A DNA stretch of 64,000 nucleotides from NCBI GenBank assembly GCA_951406725.2, contig OX597816.1, positions 39,370,001-39,434,000 on the forward strand, written 5' to 3'. The notes beneath the pieces are model-generated. The model did no database searches and was not told where the DNA came from. It was given only the letters and a program-made list of their open reading frames with translations. This DNA is from Octopus vulgaris. Lineage: Eukaryota. Position 1 is the first letter of the stretch. Every line of letters starts with the position of its first letter. Shown here one piece after another: positions 25,801 to 40,400 of the stretch. A program made the position numbers and the translations under genes.

Positions 25801-28800
25801 GCTGTTGAGACTGAAATTGTTACATTGAGGAAGTTGAGCTACTATATATAAATGAGTTCTCTGCCTCATCATCCCATTTCATCTGATGTCTGTCATTGTA
25901 TCATACTTTTATATAGGTTTCTGTTAATGTTCCAATTTTTCTAGTATTTATTTCTTTACTGCCCACAAGGGGCTAAACATAGAGGGGACAAACAAGGACA
26001 GACAAACGGATTAAGTCGATTACATTGACCCCCAGTGCGTAACTGGTACTTAATTTATCGACCCCGAAAGGATGAACGGCAAAGTCAACCTCGGCGGAAT
26101 TTGAACTTAGAATGTAACGGCAGACGAAATACGGCTACGCATTTCGCCCGGCGTGCTAACGATTCTGCCAGCTCGCCGCCCTTTATATACTTGTGCTTCT
26201 CATATATATACTTGTGCTTATATATACTATATACTTGTGCTTCTCATGGAGTGGGTGCTGCGAGGATTGAAAAGGGGAGCAGCTAATGAGAGGGCTTCTA
26301 TTTAGATTGCTCGACCTGCTAGAAACACTAGTCAAATCTCCCTCATAGTACCTCTGCTACCTTTTAAAAAGCAATATGGACAATGTACTTATATATTGAC
26401 ATGCCATGGAAAATAAACATAAAATGATACAAAAGACTGGTCATGACTGGAACACCTTCCTACACAGTAGACATAGAGTTTAACAACAAGAACAACAACA
26501 ATTTGTGTTGAAGATTTTGTCCAAAGCTGAACAAAGAATCTATTTTCATTTTAGCTTTCATATCACAGCATTGCTAATTTACCCCTGACAACACAATGCC
26601 ATCTATTGGCTTCTTTTTGAACTAAGCACCCAACTTTATTGCATGAAATTTTGGCCTTGGACATAATATCATCTATGAAGGTATTTTCTAGTTCAACTTA
26701 ATGATGGTTTCAGCTAGCTCCATTAGGTTTTAAGTATGGAGCAGCTACCAAGAGTTCTTTTATCCTTTTACTTGTTTCAGTCATTTGACTGCAGCCATAC
26801 TGGAGCACCACCATAAAGGGTTTTTAAGTTGAAGAAATTGACCCCAGGACTTATCCATTGTAAGCCTAGTACTTATTCCATCGGGCTCTTTTGCTGAACT
26901 GCTAACACTCCAACATCGGTTGTCAAGCGATGGTGGGAGAGAGAGAGAGACAGACGCGCGCACACACTTCTTTCAGTTTCCATCTACCAAATCCACTTGT
27001 GAGGCTTTGGTTGGCCCAGAGTGCCATGCAGTGGGACTGAACCATATGGTTGGGAAGCAAGCTTCTTACCACACAGCCATGCCTGCATCTATTTCTGGTA
27101 CAAAAGCTTTGTATTAGAAAGAATTGTTGTTGTTATTTTAAGTATTGCAGCTTGGTGGAATCATTAACCCTTTTTATACCAACCCGGCCAAAACCGCCTC
27201 TGGCTCTGTAGTACAAATGTCTTGTTTTCATAAGTTTTGAATTAAAATCTTCCACCAAACCTTAGTCACAATTTATGTTCCTAACGCTAGCTTAATGATA
27301 ACTAAGTTATTTTACTAAATTCTTTGTTATATTTAAAATTAAATGAATGAAACACAGAGCATCTCAAAATAAATACAGTAACGAAAGGGTTAAAGGATTC
27401 CAAAAAATGCCTACAGTAACTTCTTGTTATTTTTATTTTTATTTTCTTTGAACATTCTGTGTTCAAATCTCATAGAGCTCAACTTTGCATTTTATTCTTT
27501 GAGGATTGATGAAACCCAGTCAAGCACTGGGTTCATTATATTTAACCACCTCCTTCAAATTTCAGTCATTATACCTTGAATTTTTTACACGGACTTTTGA
27601 AACGCACAAAACCCTTTGTAACTTTGCGTCCTGTGTTTTGTCCCTAAATGTTTAAATTGATTTTTGTTAGCCCTTGTGGCCAATAAACAAATTATTATTA
27701 TTATTATTATTATTGTCATCATTATTATTATTTATCTATTTTTAAGGTTTCATTCATTCGGCATATACTTTTGGAATTGAAAGTCATATCAGCCAATCAA
27801 ATATCAATGGAGCTTTGGTTCCTCCTGGGGCTTTACTAAATATTATTCAGAAAGGTCTACAATACACAGAAGCTGAAATAAGTATTGGAGAGGTAAGAAA
27901 TCAATTTTTATAAATATAATAATATCGTTTAAAAGTGAAGATGATATTTTCTGTCCTGTTACCAGTAGAAAAATGAAAATGTTGGATTTATTTTGTTGGC
28001 ATCATAAGAATTTAGAAACTTTCAAGGGAATGAGAAATAATTTTTTTTTTTTTTTTTTGTAATGGTGAATCTTGAAGCAGATAAAGCTGTAAGCATTAAG
28101 CATGTAGATAGTGGGTTAAAAACATCTTGGATAGAAAAATTTGAAGGCTGCTCATGGGACATGGACCCACATCACCTGCAGCATTTGACTTTTTATATCC
28201 AAAAATTTTTTTTTTAACCCACTTCTTTTCTTTTTGCTGTTTTCAAAGATTTCCATGACTCTCTGTCACCATCCAATTCCATTGTTATGAATTTGAATTG
28301 GGAGCCTGAGTCATAGTGAATCTTTCATTAGCTGATTACACAACCATGGATGGCACTCCTATGGATGCATTGCAGTTACTCTCCTGATAGGGCTTGGCGA
28401 TCTTGACCGTTGATCTTCTAGAATTCCTCCACTCAGCATCAATGTAAAAAGTACCTTTTCACAATCTGCCATGCTGCAGTCCTATGACTTTGCTGTATCC
28501 CTGGCAGGGTGGCTGAAAGGGTACTATGCTTTGCCAAAGGGCAGCCTGTAACTGAGCAGGGCACAGCCACCACTCTGTGAGGTATTTTCAAAATACCTAC
28601 ACAACCCATTATTTACAGTCTATTAGTTACAGATTTGTCTGTTTTGAGATTCACTGTCACAAAAATAAAGAAAATTTATTTTGTTTTCTTGTTCAAGGCT
28701 GTAATTTTTTCAAATATAAGCAATTACATGTTTATGTTATCTATTAAACCTAAACCTGTAACATTTGTTTATAGCTATGTTTTTAGCTTCACATTAATTT

Positions 28801-31377
28801 CCATCATGGATTACACTAATCCTTCCTGATCTTCCCAGTCTCTCCAAATTCACATTAAAAAGAAATTTGAAGCTGCACTTTGGCTTCATCACATTATTGT
28901 GCACTGACTACCATTTTTCAAATAAAGGATCACTTAGACATGTAAGGATACAACTTGTTTCGGCTACTATATATACAGTAGTCCCTCGCCATATCACAGC
29001 TCACCTATCGTGGCTTATTTAAGCTTACATCGATTCTTCTGTGGTGTTGTTTTGCATTTATAATAAAATGAATATTTACAAATTAGAGAAATAAAAAAAA
29101 AATATACAGTACAGTTCTGTTTCTACTTACGGTTTTTACCTATCGTGGGGGGTTGGGGGTTGGAATGTAGCACCCGTGATAGTTGAGGAATTACTGTATT
29201 ATCATTATCAAACACCCTGATTCATCTACACCATCTAAAAATATCATCTTTCTTAATCTTGAAAACGCAAAATACATAAACAAAGAGCCATATCAAGCAT
29301 ATAGGGGTGTACTGTAAACTCCCTCATGCACACAGTGTAAGGGCAGTTGGGCATAAACTGCTGTTCTTTGTCCATGTCCACCTTGATCGCTTCTGTTGTG
29401 GCTTACACCAGAACATATATAGTCATCTAGTGGAGTTCTCCACCAGATTGAGACATGTATCTGCAGCAGTGTTTGCTTAGAACTAAACAATTACATTTAG
29501 AAGTTGGAATTGTTTAATATATATGTTAATAGTTGTTTATGAGTGAAGGCCAAAAATCTATATTGCAGTTGTTGAAAAAATTATTGTTATTGTTTTAAAT
29601 ATCAGTCCAGAAAGTGGGGTGGAGATGTCATCATCATCATCATCATCGTTTAACGTCCGCTTTCCATGCTAGCATGGGTTGGATGGTTCAACTGGGGTCT
29701 GGGAAGCCAGAAGGCTGCACCAAGCCCAGTCTGATCTGGCAGTGTTTCTACAGCTGGATGCCCTTCCTAACGCCAACCACTCCGTGAGTGTAGTGGGTGC
29801 TTTTTACGTGCCAGACGAGGCTGGCAAACGGCCACGATCGTATGGTGCTTTTTACGTGCCACAGAAATTAAAGTAAATAGAACAAAATCGGAAGGTGGGT
29901 TATATTTTGAGTTACACACAACAGGGAATTTTTTGTCCTCCAAAGTTGTCTTTGGTGCATCACTTGACCTATATTTTTTGGCTGTAAATTTTGGTCTGAA
30001 AAATTTGTCATGTATGCCAAAAATTAAAGTGTGTGTATGAGAGAGAGAGAGATCCTTTACTTGAAAAACAAGTAAAGATTCATGACAAGAAGAGTACTTG
30101 GCCTTAAAATTCTTGCCTCAAATAAGTTCCTGTCTAACCCATGCTAGCCTAGAAAAAGAGATGTTGAACAAATCAGCAGGCAACCTGGGGTTGGCCAAAC
30201 CAATGTGAAGGAGACCTAGGGTAGACCAAGAATGAGATGGTTGGATAATATCCATACTCTCAGTTAGTTGTGCTTGGGAATCTGGTTATAAAATCTAATG
30301 GTGATTGCTTCTGTTGTCGGAGACCCCCTTCGGTCATGACACAGACCATGGGATTGTACCTAGAAAGTTACCCTCCTAGACACAAGTCCGGGCGAGGTTG
30401 TTTATGGAAGACCAGCAGTCGCCCATGCATACCAGCCTCCCCTCTCCACGCCACCAATGTTATCCAAGGGAAAGGCAAAGGCCGATACAGCTTGGCACCA
30501 GTGACGTCGCAACTCATTTCTACAGCTGAGTGAACTGGAGCAACGTGAAATAAAGTGCCTTGCTCAAGAACACAACACGCAGCCCGGTCCGGGATTCGAG
30601 CTCACAACCTCATGATCGTAAGCTCGACGCTCTAACCACTGAGCCATGCTTCTGTTAGGACCCTATGAAGGAGGAACTTTAAGAATCTGTTCCTCACAAC
30701 AGTGGGCAGAGAAGATGGGTGAATATATTTACACACATTACATGGAAGTAATGTATGTATAATTTGACTAGGAACAAAACCACTTTTGCAAGCAAATAGC
30801 TATAGTTAATTACATTGTCCACGTAATAATACCTATTGTTATTCTATTACTCTTATTCTTTGTAATAAAGCATGTTTGAACACACATGGATTTGAAAAGC
30901 AATCACTTAAATAGTTCAGTAGGGGTAGTGCATAAGTTCTGTCACTTATATGAAACAAATGGAGGTGGAGGTTGTATTAGTGATAGCATAATGACTAATA
31001 TGTAAATTGAATAAAGACTGCAGCTGCACTCCCCCCTCCTCCTTGCAACAGAATCTCTATCTTAAGAAAAGCCCATTGTATGAAGTAGGTTTATGACTGT
31101 GAGGTCATATTACATAGGTGACAGACCTACACGGTTCATAGGCTTCATTTTGTGGCTACTCATGTTATTAGTTTCTCTAGTGTGTCTTCCTTACATATTG
31201 TGCAAGGCTACTTTCTATGAGGCTATTAAGTGTTTGTATGCAGACCATGCTGTTAACCAAATGATTTAAAAACAAGGATGGTGGCAGCAGCTAGAATTAG
31301 CTAATATTGTTGAGAAACCCCTATCTGAAAATCTTGGGACTGAAAGTGTTGCAGAGTTTGAATTTATTTTTATTTTT

Positions 31378-31413
<36 letters not shown>

Positions 31414-34400
31414 CATTATTGAGTGAGAGAGCAGTGCATGCCATCAAAGTGACACTGGGGTAAAAATATACGAAGCCCAGTATACCCATCGTGACTACCC
31501 GTCTGATAAGAGTACACTAGGCACATGTATCACAACCATATGTGCGCGATATGGTGATCTCATATCAAGATAAATAGCATGTAACCTTACAGTTGGGGCC
31601 CAGTTAGAATTTTCTTCTGGTCGAGTAACCCATCCCACTCAAAAGGTCCCCAAATAAGGGTTGTTTTAGGATGTTGAACGAACCACCCATGTTTCCAGAG
31701 GTGAATTATTCGAACCCCAAAGAATCCCTCTTAACACATGGCTATGATGCTCCCCAACGACTTCTGCTCGTGATCATATCGTCAGCCACTAAGGGACATG
31801 CTCAACTGGTTAAGGTCAAACAACTGACAAACAAATCTGTGGTATTGAGCAGAATATTTGCTGTAGCCCATCTTTTATACCAAGACAAAACAATGTACAT
31901 GATAACACTTCCAATCAGTTAAGATCAGAAGCCACAAGAGCCACTGCCTGGTACTGCATCAGGGTATTTTTATTATAATAATAATAATAATAATAATAAA
32001 AAAGTGTTTTTATATTTGCATCTATAAAACGGGACAGCTTGTGGATGGGACCTAAGTCCGAACACAATCTCAATTCACATTTCATTATATAACTTTTATA
32101 TAGAAAGTAGTTTTATATCAATTTTTAATAATTTTTTATATATAATACCATCAGAAAAGTAAGATATCAGACTCCACTTTCGATGCCATGCTCTGATTAA
32201 AAGTTACAGTACATGTACACCATATAAGTTTTATTTCTTTTGTTATCGAGGTATTAGGTTTTATGAAGGTATAAAAACAAAGCATTGAACACGATTGTAG
32301 GTAAATAAAATGAAAACAGAAAAGTCAATATTTTATTTTTAAAGTAAAGTACAAGTAATAATGCTAACCATGTTACACTCATACATGGAGGTGAAATTCA
32401 AATCTTGTGTAAAAATGTTTTGTACTTACTGTACTAAAGAGCAAAACAAAATATGATGACACTCACATGTTATAATGGTACACAACAGCTGGACTTCCCA
32501 GTACTTTGTGGAATTTTCCGTTTGTGACAGGCAAGTCATCTTTTGGATTTTGGACATTCAGATAAAAGGTTTTGAACTGTAATAATAATTGGGTTATATG
32601 TAAATAGTAAAGGCACGTGGCTCAGTGGTTAGAGCAATGAGTTTAGAATAGTGAGGTTGTGAGTTTGATTCCCGGACTGGGGTGTGTGTGTTGTATTCTT
32701 GAGCAAGACACTTGATTTTATGTTGTTCAGTTTCCTCAGCTATAGAAATGAGTTGTGATGCTACTGATGCCAAGCTGTATTGGTTTTTGCTTTTCTCTTG
32801 GATAACATCAGTGGCGTGGAGAAGGGATGCTGGTATGCATGGGTAACTGCTAGTTTTCCATAAACAACCTTGACTGGACTTGTGACTCAGTTGAGAATTT
32901 TCTAGGTACAATCACATGGTCATTCATGACTGAAGGGTGTCTTGATTGATTTGATGATGATGATGAATAACGTCCATTTTCCGCGCTAGCACGGGTTGGA
33001 CGGTTCGACCAGGGTCTGGGAAGCCAGGGGCTGCACCAGGCTTCAGTCTGATCTGGCAGTGTTTCTACAGCTGGATGCCCTTCCTAATGCCAACCACTCC
33101 GCGAGTGTAGTGGGTGCTTTTTACGTGCCACCGGCACAGGTGCCAGGAGAGTCTGGCATCGGCCACGATCGGTTGGTGCTTTTAACGTGCCACCGGCACG
33201 GAAGCCAGCCAAGGTGGCGCTGTAAATAGAAAATGATTTGTTGTGAGTTAATAATTATATCTCATAAAATGTGATGAAGAATTGACACAGTGGAGACAGT
33301 TGTTTTATCCAAATGCAAAACTTGTTGAGGAAGAAGGTGTTTTAGAAATGCTGACAGTCTTTTTTATATTTTTGGCAGGATGGCTCAGAAAGAGGAATTG
33401 AATCACTACCACTCATTGATGCAGTTATGCCAGATGTTGTAGAGTCAAGGAAACAAGCTGCTGCAAAAGCTCACCAAATAAAGACAGAGAATGCCAACAC
33501 TAATGGAGAAGATGCTTCTCATTCGCTAGGTAAATATTTGTCAACATTTTCTATAACCTCTTTTTCTGTTTTTGTCTTTTATTTTTTAGTTTCCATTTTA
33601 AGAATTTATAGTCATGACCAGGTGCGAATATGGCTGTGGTTAAGAAGTTTGCTTCATAATCATGTTGTTTTGAGTTTTGCCTTACTGTATGACACCTTAG
33701 GCAAGTCTCATCTACTAAAGGGTTAAACAAATGAATATTTAACACTTTAGCATTCAGATTTCCTTGTCAAATGTAATGCTTATTTATTCATCATCATCAT
33801 CATACGTTTGTTTTCCCTGCTGGTATGGGTTGGATGGCTTGACAGGAGCTGGTTCTCATTTTAGGAATTTACAGTCATGACCAGCTGCAAGTATGGCTGT
33901 GTGGTTAAGAAGTTTGCTTCATAGTCATGTTGTTTTGAGTTCTATCTCACTGTGTGACACCTCAGGCAAGTCTCATCTGCTGTAGCCTTGGCCTGGCCAA
34001 TGGTTTGTAAGCAGAATTTGTTTACAGAAACTGGGAGTGTTTTTGTGTGTGTCTGTGAATGTTTAATTTTATGTCTTTTTATGACACTAAAGCAATAGTG
34101 GTTGCATTATGTCGGCACATCATATTATGAAATCGTGCTGTGGTTTTGTGCTTTCAAAGACACATTAAGTCAAAAATACCTTACTTGAAAAACTTTTAAA
34201 GAATGAGTGACAGAAAGCGCATCTGGCTGTGAAATAATGCCTCAATAATATGGATTTATCCAGTCCATGCAAGCATGGAAAAATGGTAAAACAGTGATGA
34301 AATTTTATTTCATATCTCAGTTGTGATTTATTGTGAATATTCTGTTTGGTTTCTTCATTTTCTTTTTCCATATTAGCCTTTTGTAAGTAAATACAGTATT

Positions 34401-37400
34401 TGGTTGGATGTGGTGGTGGATAATTATTCATATCTCCTCTTATAGTTAAAGAAATTTGTACAAATGAATGCTTAACTCTTAGCATTCAGATTACCATGTC
34501 AAATGTAATGCTTATTTATTCACATTGCTTCAAATTAGTCATGCATTATCATGTAGCTTTGGATAGTTATAGCTTCTCTACCACAGTTGAGGAAATTTGA
34601 ACAAATGAATGTTAAACCCTTTTGCATTCAGATTTCCTTGTCAAATGTAATGCTTATTTATTCATCATCATTTAATGTTTGTGTTCTATGCTGGCATGGG
34701 TTGTACGATTTGACATAAGCTGGCTAGGCAAGACTGCACCATGCTTCACATGGTTTTTATGGCTGAATGCCTTCCTAACACCAACCACTCTGCAGAGTGG
34801 ATTGAGCCCTTTTTATGTGACACCAGCACAGGCAAGGTCAGTTTTGGCATGTTTTTTTACAGTTGTATGCCATTCCAAACACCTACCACTTTACAGTGTG
34901 GACACTTTTTATGTGGCACCGGTACTGGCAGGGTCACCAAGTAACTTGGAAAACAAAGATCCTTTGAGAAGGGATGCAGCATTGGAAGAGGAGATCTTGT
35001 GCCAGATGATGAAAGATCACATTGCTTTAAATTAATCATGCATTATCTTGTGGCTTTTGAGATTTTGATGATGTGATTGTCTGTTTTTAAAATGACATCA
35101 TAGGGTAGGTGTGAGGTGTTGGATCTGGTCAGTTTCAACATAAAACAAGTAGAATATTATGCCCAGATATGGCCAGTTTAAATGCTAAAGGGTTAATGAT
35201 AGCCAATAGTATTTGTGTACAGTGACACTTTCTTAATTGACATCTTACTGTATATCCTCTGAAGATGAGAGAGTCTCTATTTGGTCATTTGAAATAGCCA
35301 TCAAATCTTCCTCAAACCATGCCAACTTCATAATTTTTTAAATATTAAATATGACATACTCAGTGTCTTTATCATTGTCTTAACATATCCAGCACAATAT
35401 CTGGAGGTAAAAAAAAAAATTGCTATGTTCATGACCAGAATATCTTTGACCACAGGTCTACTCATTGAGAGGTGACCTGGGGCTAAAAAGTAGCTACATC
35501 AATCCTCTGATGAGATTCCAAATTAGAGAAGTAGACTACAGAACCTGGTGTGCCAGTTCCTGTTAATCCATCCACTCCATGCCAGCATGGAAAATGGGCA
35601 TTAAATGTTGATGATGATGATGATATTAGGCTGAAGAAAAGTTAAGTTATTCTTTTGTGAAACAGAATTTGTTAATTAGATATAAGACTATTCTAATTGA
35701 GATACACAATGAAATAAGGTAAATTAACTTCTTGGAGTGGGAAGGTTTAATACTGATCTTTGTTTCTACTTGTGTAAAGTAAGTAGTTCTAAACACTTAG
35801 TTCAAGAATAAAAACCAGTACATTAAGTGTGCCATACAAATACATTGTCAGGGACTAAATTAATAGTAGTACTGCAGATTGTTCACACCTGTTTTAAACA
35901 CATTTTGTACAAGTATGAAAAGACATACATAGGCATGGCTGTATGGTTAATTTTCCTGTGATCAAAATTCATTTGCATGGTTTGATTCTTTGTACCTGTA
36001 TTTATGCCTCATCTATAATGGGAGGTAAAAGTTTGATAAAATAAAATACCTGTCACTTCAATGGGGTTGATCTAGTTAGCTACAGTCTCTCCTAAGTTTG
36101 TGTTCCTGTGTCTATACAGAAATGATTACTATTATTTAAGCAAAGTTGGCAGAATTGTTAGTGTGTTGGACAGAATGCTTAGTAGCATATCTTTTGGGTT
36201 TATGTTTAGAGTTCAAACGTAGCTGAGGTCGACTTTACCTTTCAGGGTTGATTAAATAAGTACCGGTTAAGCATTGAGGTTGATGTAATCAAATAGGCCC
36301 CTTTCCCATCAATTTCAGGCCTTCTGCCTAGAGTAGAAGGGATTATTACTTTGGCAGCTTGTAACATTCAGTTTTGTGACAATGGACAGGCTTGTTCTGG
36401 AGTCAACTTGTTAACTGTGCCTTTACTACAAATTCGATGTCTGTGTAAATATGAGAAAATATTGTTAAAGCAAATCAAAAGGAGAAAAAAAAAATCTTGC
36501 AAAAAAATCATAGCTGTCACTCTCTCAAGTAGATGAATTGGTAACATGTGGCACACATTTATTGTTTGGGATGCTCGTGCAGTCATGAGTTGTTTTGGAC
36601 ACCCTCTCAACCCTTTTGCTCTCGATCTAGCAGAACATGGAGAATGTGGCAGCTGGAGAGAGAGAGAGAGATGTGGGGTGCACCAACACTAGGTTGCTAC
36701 TCGTTTTCAGCTGGACAGTCTGTAGCAATGTGAAATGAAGTGTTTGTTCAAGGACTTACAATGCTACATGGCCCAGGAATCAAACCCATGAACTTAAATT
36801 TATGAACCCAACACTTTAATCACTCAGCCATATGCCTATTACCAGGGAATAGATTTGGTAGAAATGTAGAGTAATAACAGGGCTAAATATCTGACAGTAG
36901 TTCTTTTTGTTACTCAGCAATTTGATTTTGTGATTTTCATCATCATCATCATCGTTTAACGTCCGCTTTCCATGCTAGCATGGGTTGGACCGTTCAACTG
37001 GGGTCTGGGAAGCCAGAAGGCTGCACCAGGCCCAGTCAGATCTGGCAGAGTTTCTACAGCTGGATGCTCTTCCTAACGCCAACCACTCCATGAGTGTAGT
37101 GGGTGCTTTTTACGTGCCACCTGCACAGGTGCCAAACAAGGCTGGCGAACGGCCATGCTCGGATGGTGCTTTTTACGTGCCACCGGCACGGAGGCCAGGC
37201 GAGGCTGATGAACGGCCACGATCGGATGGTGTTTGTTACAAGAAATTGCTCTTACTGCTTTGGAATTGCCAACTGTTAAGTAGGCTAATGCAATAGATTT
37301 ATTTTGTTATATCTTGGGTGGGTTATTGAATATACTTTCACTCTTTAACCCTTTTGTTACCAACCCGGCTGAAACCAGCTCTGGATCTGAGTACAAATGT

Positions 37401-40400
37401 CTTGTTTTCATAAGTTCTGAATTAAAATCGTCCACCAAACCTTAGTCACAATTTATGTTGCTAACACTAGCTGAATGATAACTAAGTTATTTTACTAAAT
37501 TCTTTGTTATATCTAAAGTAATTGAAAGAAACACAGAGCATCTCAAAATAAATACAGTAATGAAAGGGTTAACATGTAAACCAGCATGTTTTATGTTCCA
37601 ACTGACCAGATTCAGCCTCTCATACCCATCCAGTGTCATTCTAAAAATAAACAATCACATCGTTGAAATTTTGAAACTGTGAAAGTATGCATAATTAGTT
37701 GAAAACAATGTAAACAAATAAGCATTACACTTGACTGTAATCTGATTGCTAGAAGGGTTAACAAAACCAACAACCAAAGATACTGAAGACAATTCTTGAC
37801 TATCTAAAGAAGTCAGAAAATGTATTAATGTTAAGTTTTGGTTAAAGATTCTAAGGGAAGGGTGGGTGTGTCAAGTTATTGGATCATTCAGAGAATGCTG
37901 AGTTGGGTTGATGAACAATTCCTGAACACTCTTGAATCTTATGAAGGGGTCATAGGTTGTCATATTCTTTGTTGTTCCTTGTGCATCTTGGATTTGTCAA
38001 ATAAAGCAGATTGAAGAATACAAAACCAAAAGATAAACACACACGTGCATGCGTGTGTTGGTGTGTTGTTAGATGAAATAGTTACAACTTGTATTATTAA
38101 TACTATGAACAAAGCTCTTTGTTGGAAACTTAGTTTTTGTACTTCATTGTATGAAAACTTAGTCTCTACTTCTATCTCACAGCGTGTTAGTTTCTCTTGA
38201 TTTCTGTCTCACAAGTTTGTCTCTTCTTTATTCTGTCTCATAACAGGTTTGCCTCTACTCTTGTTCACAATTTAGTTTCTTTCAGTCTTGCTGCAAGTTT
38301 GTCACTGTCCTCTCTCACAAACAAATTAGCCTCATGACAAATAAGTCTCACTTCTCTTTCACAAGCTATTCTCTCTATTCTATCTCACAGTTTTCCTGTT
38401 CTGTCTGAACAATTCTATTCTGTTTCTCAACCAGTTAGTCTTTTTATTCTGTCTCTCAATAAGTTAGACTCTACCCTCTCACAAATCATTTTCACTCTAT
38501 TCTGTCTCACACAAATCTCTTCTTCGGCACACCACAACATGCACTTTTTTTTTTATTGCTCCAGCCTACTTTATGCTGTAAATTATTTCTAACCTGCCAA
38601 TTTTAGTTTAGCCTCATGTCAGTTATGACTTCAGCATATACTGTGAAGAAGGCTGGAGTATACAGTCAAAATGTAGTGAAGGCAACAATAAAAATAAGGG
38701 CATCACTCCAACTAAATACATAATATAAATTTTTCATCTCAGAAATATAGAATTGTAACATCCAATGGGTATGGAACTGACATAAGGACATTATTCTGCG
38801 AAGAATACTGTCAAAATGTAGTGAAAACAACTATCAAGATGAGGACATCACTCCAACTAAATACATATGAATTCTTCTCAGAAAATCCAATTGATATGAA
38901 GCCGACATAGGATGTTTATAAGCCTTAAAAATTCACTCTGACACTGCCTATAGTCATGCACTAGTGGATAGTTGAAATGTAGTGCAGTGTCCAAGACTCT
39001 GAGTTCAATCCTAGGCATGACACCAAGGTGAATCACAAGACATCTGAGGAAGGCTGGAGCGTACACAGCCGAAACGTAATGAAAGCAGCAACCAAGATGA
39101 CCCCACTGCAACTATGTCCCTTTTGTCTGTTAGTAAAGAGATTTCCCAATTGGTGGAAAGTCTCTTTTCCTCTCACAGTTCAGCTTTCTGTTTTGAGACA
39201 TAACATTTTTTTCCCTCTATGCAGCATACAAAAACGTATTTATACTTAGGAACTTATCAAAATGTTAATAAATTTTCATTTTTATAATGTGTAGTTAAGA
39301 AACTTGCTTTCAACTACATGATTTTATGTTCAGTCCCACCATGTGCCTTTTTGGGGTCTTCCACTGTTGTTCTGGGCTAACCAATACCTTATGAGTGGAT
39401 TTGGTAGACGGAAACTGTCTGGAAGCCCGTTTTGTATGTGTGTGTATACGCATATACACACAGAGAAGTTTTAAGGCCGGTTCCAGTGGTGGCGTCATAT
39501 AAAAGAGCCCGTGCAGTGCTACATAAAAGCACCTGCCACACTTCGTAAAATGGTTGGCGTTTGGAAGGGCATCCGGCTGTAGAAACCATGCCAAATCAGA
39601 CTGCCAGTTCTGGTCGAACCGTCCAACCCATGCCAGCATGGACAATGGATGTTAAATGATGATTTTACACACACACATAAATGTTTGTGTTTGTCAAGTT
39701 CCCCCCTCCATTGCTTAACAACTGGTGTTAGTTTGTTTATGTCCACGCGGGGCAAAAAAGACTGTAATTACCAGACTTACTATAAGCACTGAGGTCAGTT
39801 TGTTCAACTAGACTCTTCAAGGCGATGCTCCAGCAGAGCCGCAGTCAAATGACTGAAACACGTAAGCGATGAATGGATATAAGCTCCTATTATTGATTGT
39901 TCAATACTGATATTAAGATATGTTAATATTGAATAGGCTATTACAAAACAACTAAATAAATTGAGGTAAATTTTGACCAACGTCTCGCATAGCTGTTGTC
40001 GTTTAGCTTCAGCCATCCCATATGTGACCATCCCGCCTTGTTTTTCAGACTCAAACACACCGTATCTCTGACTACATAATATATTATATCAGTTCCTTAT
40101 TCCTTCTGTTTTTTTTTTTTTTTGCAAAAGGAGAAAGATTTAGCTGCTGTTTCTAGCTAGTTGAACGAACATATGGAGGCTCAGGCACTGGTTCAAAAGT
40201 CAGTTCACGGAGAGCAAAATTTGGTGTGGAAACTTCATATATTAGCTGCACTTGTTATTCGTAGATGTTTGTTGTGTCGTATTAGTAAAAGAGAGTAGAG
40301 ATACGGTAAAATTGATTGATTGGTTGATTAATCAGCCCCATAAATTAAAGGCATATATGTAGCTAGCTGCCTTATGTTCTGGTAGAGTGCATCTCAGACT

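Noticed and set aside
30560-30650. tRNA-like sequence (also the SINE A and C heads elsewhere)
   Set aside because: A and B boxes are present but continue into SINE bodies, with no complete cloverleaf or terminator, so these are SINE heads rather than tRNA genes.
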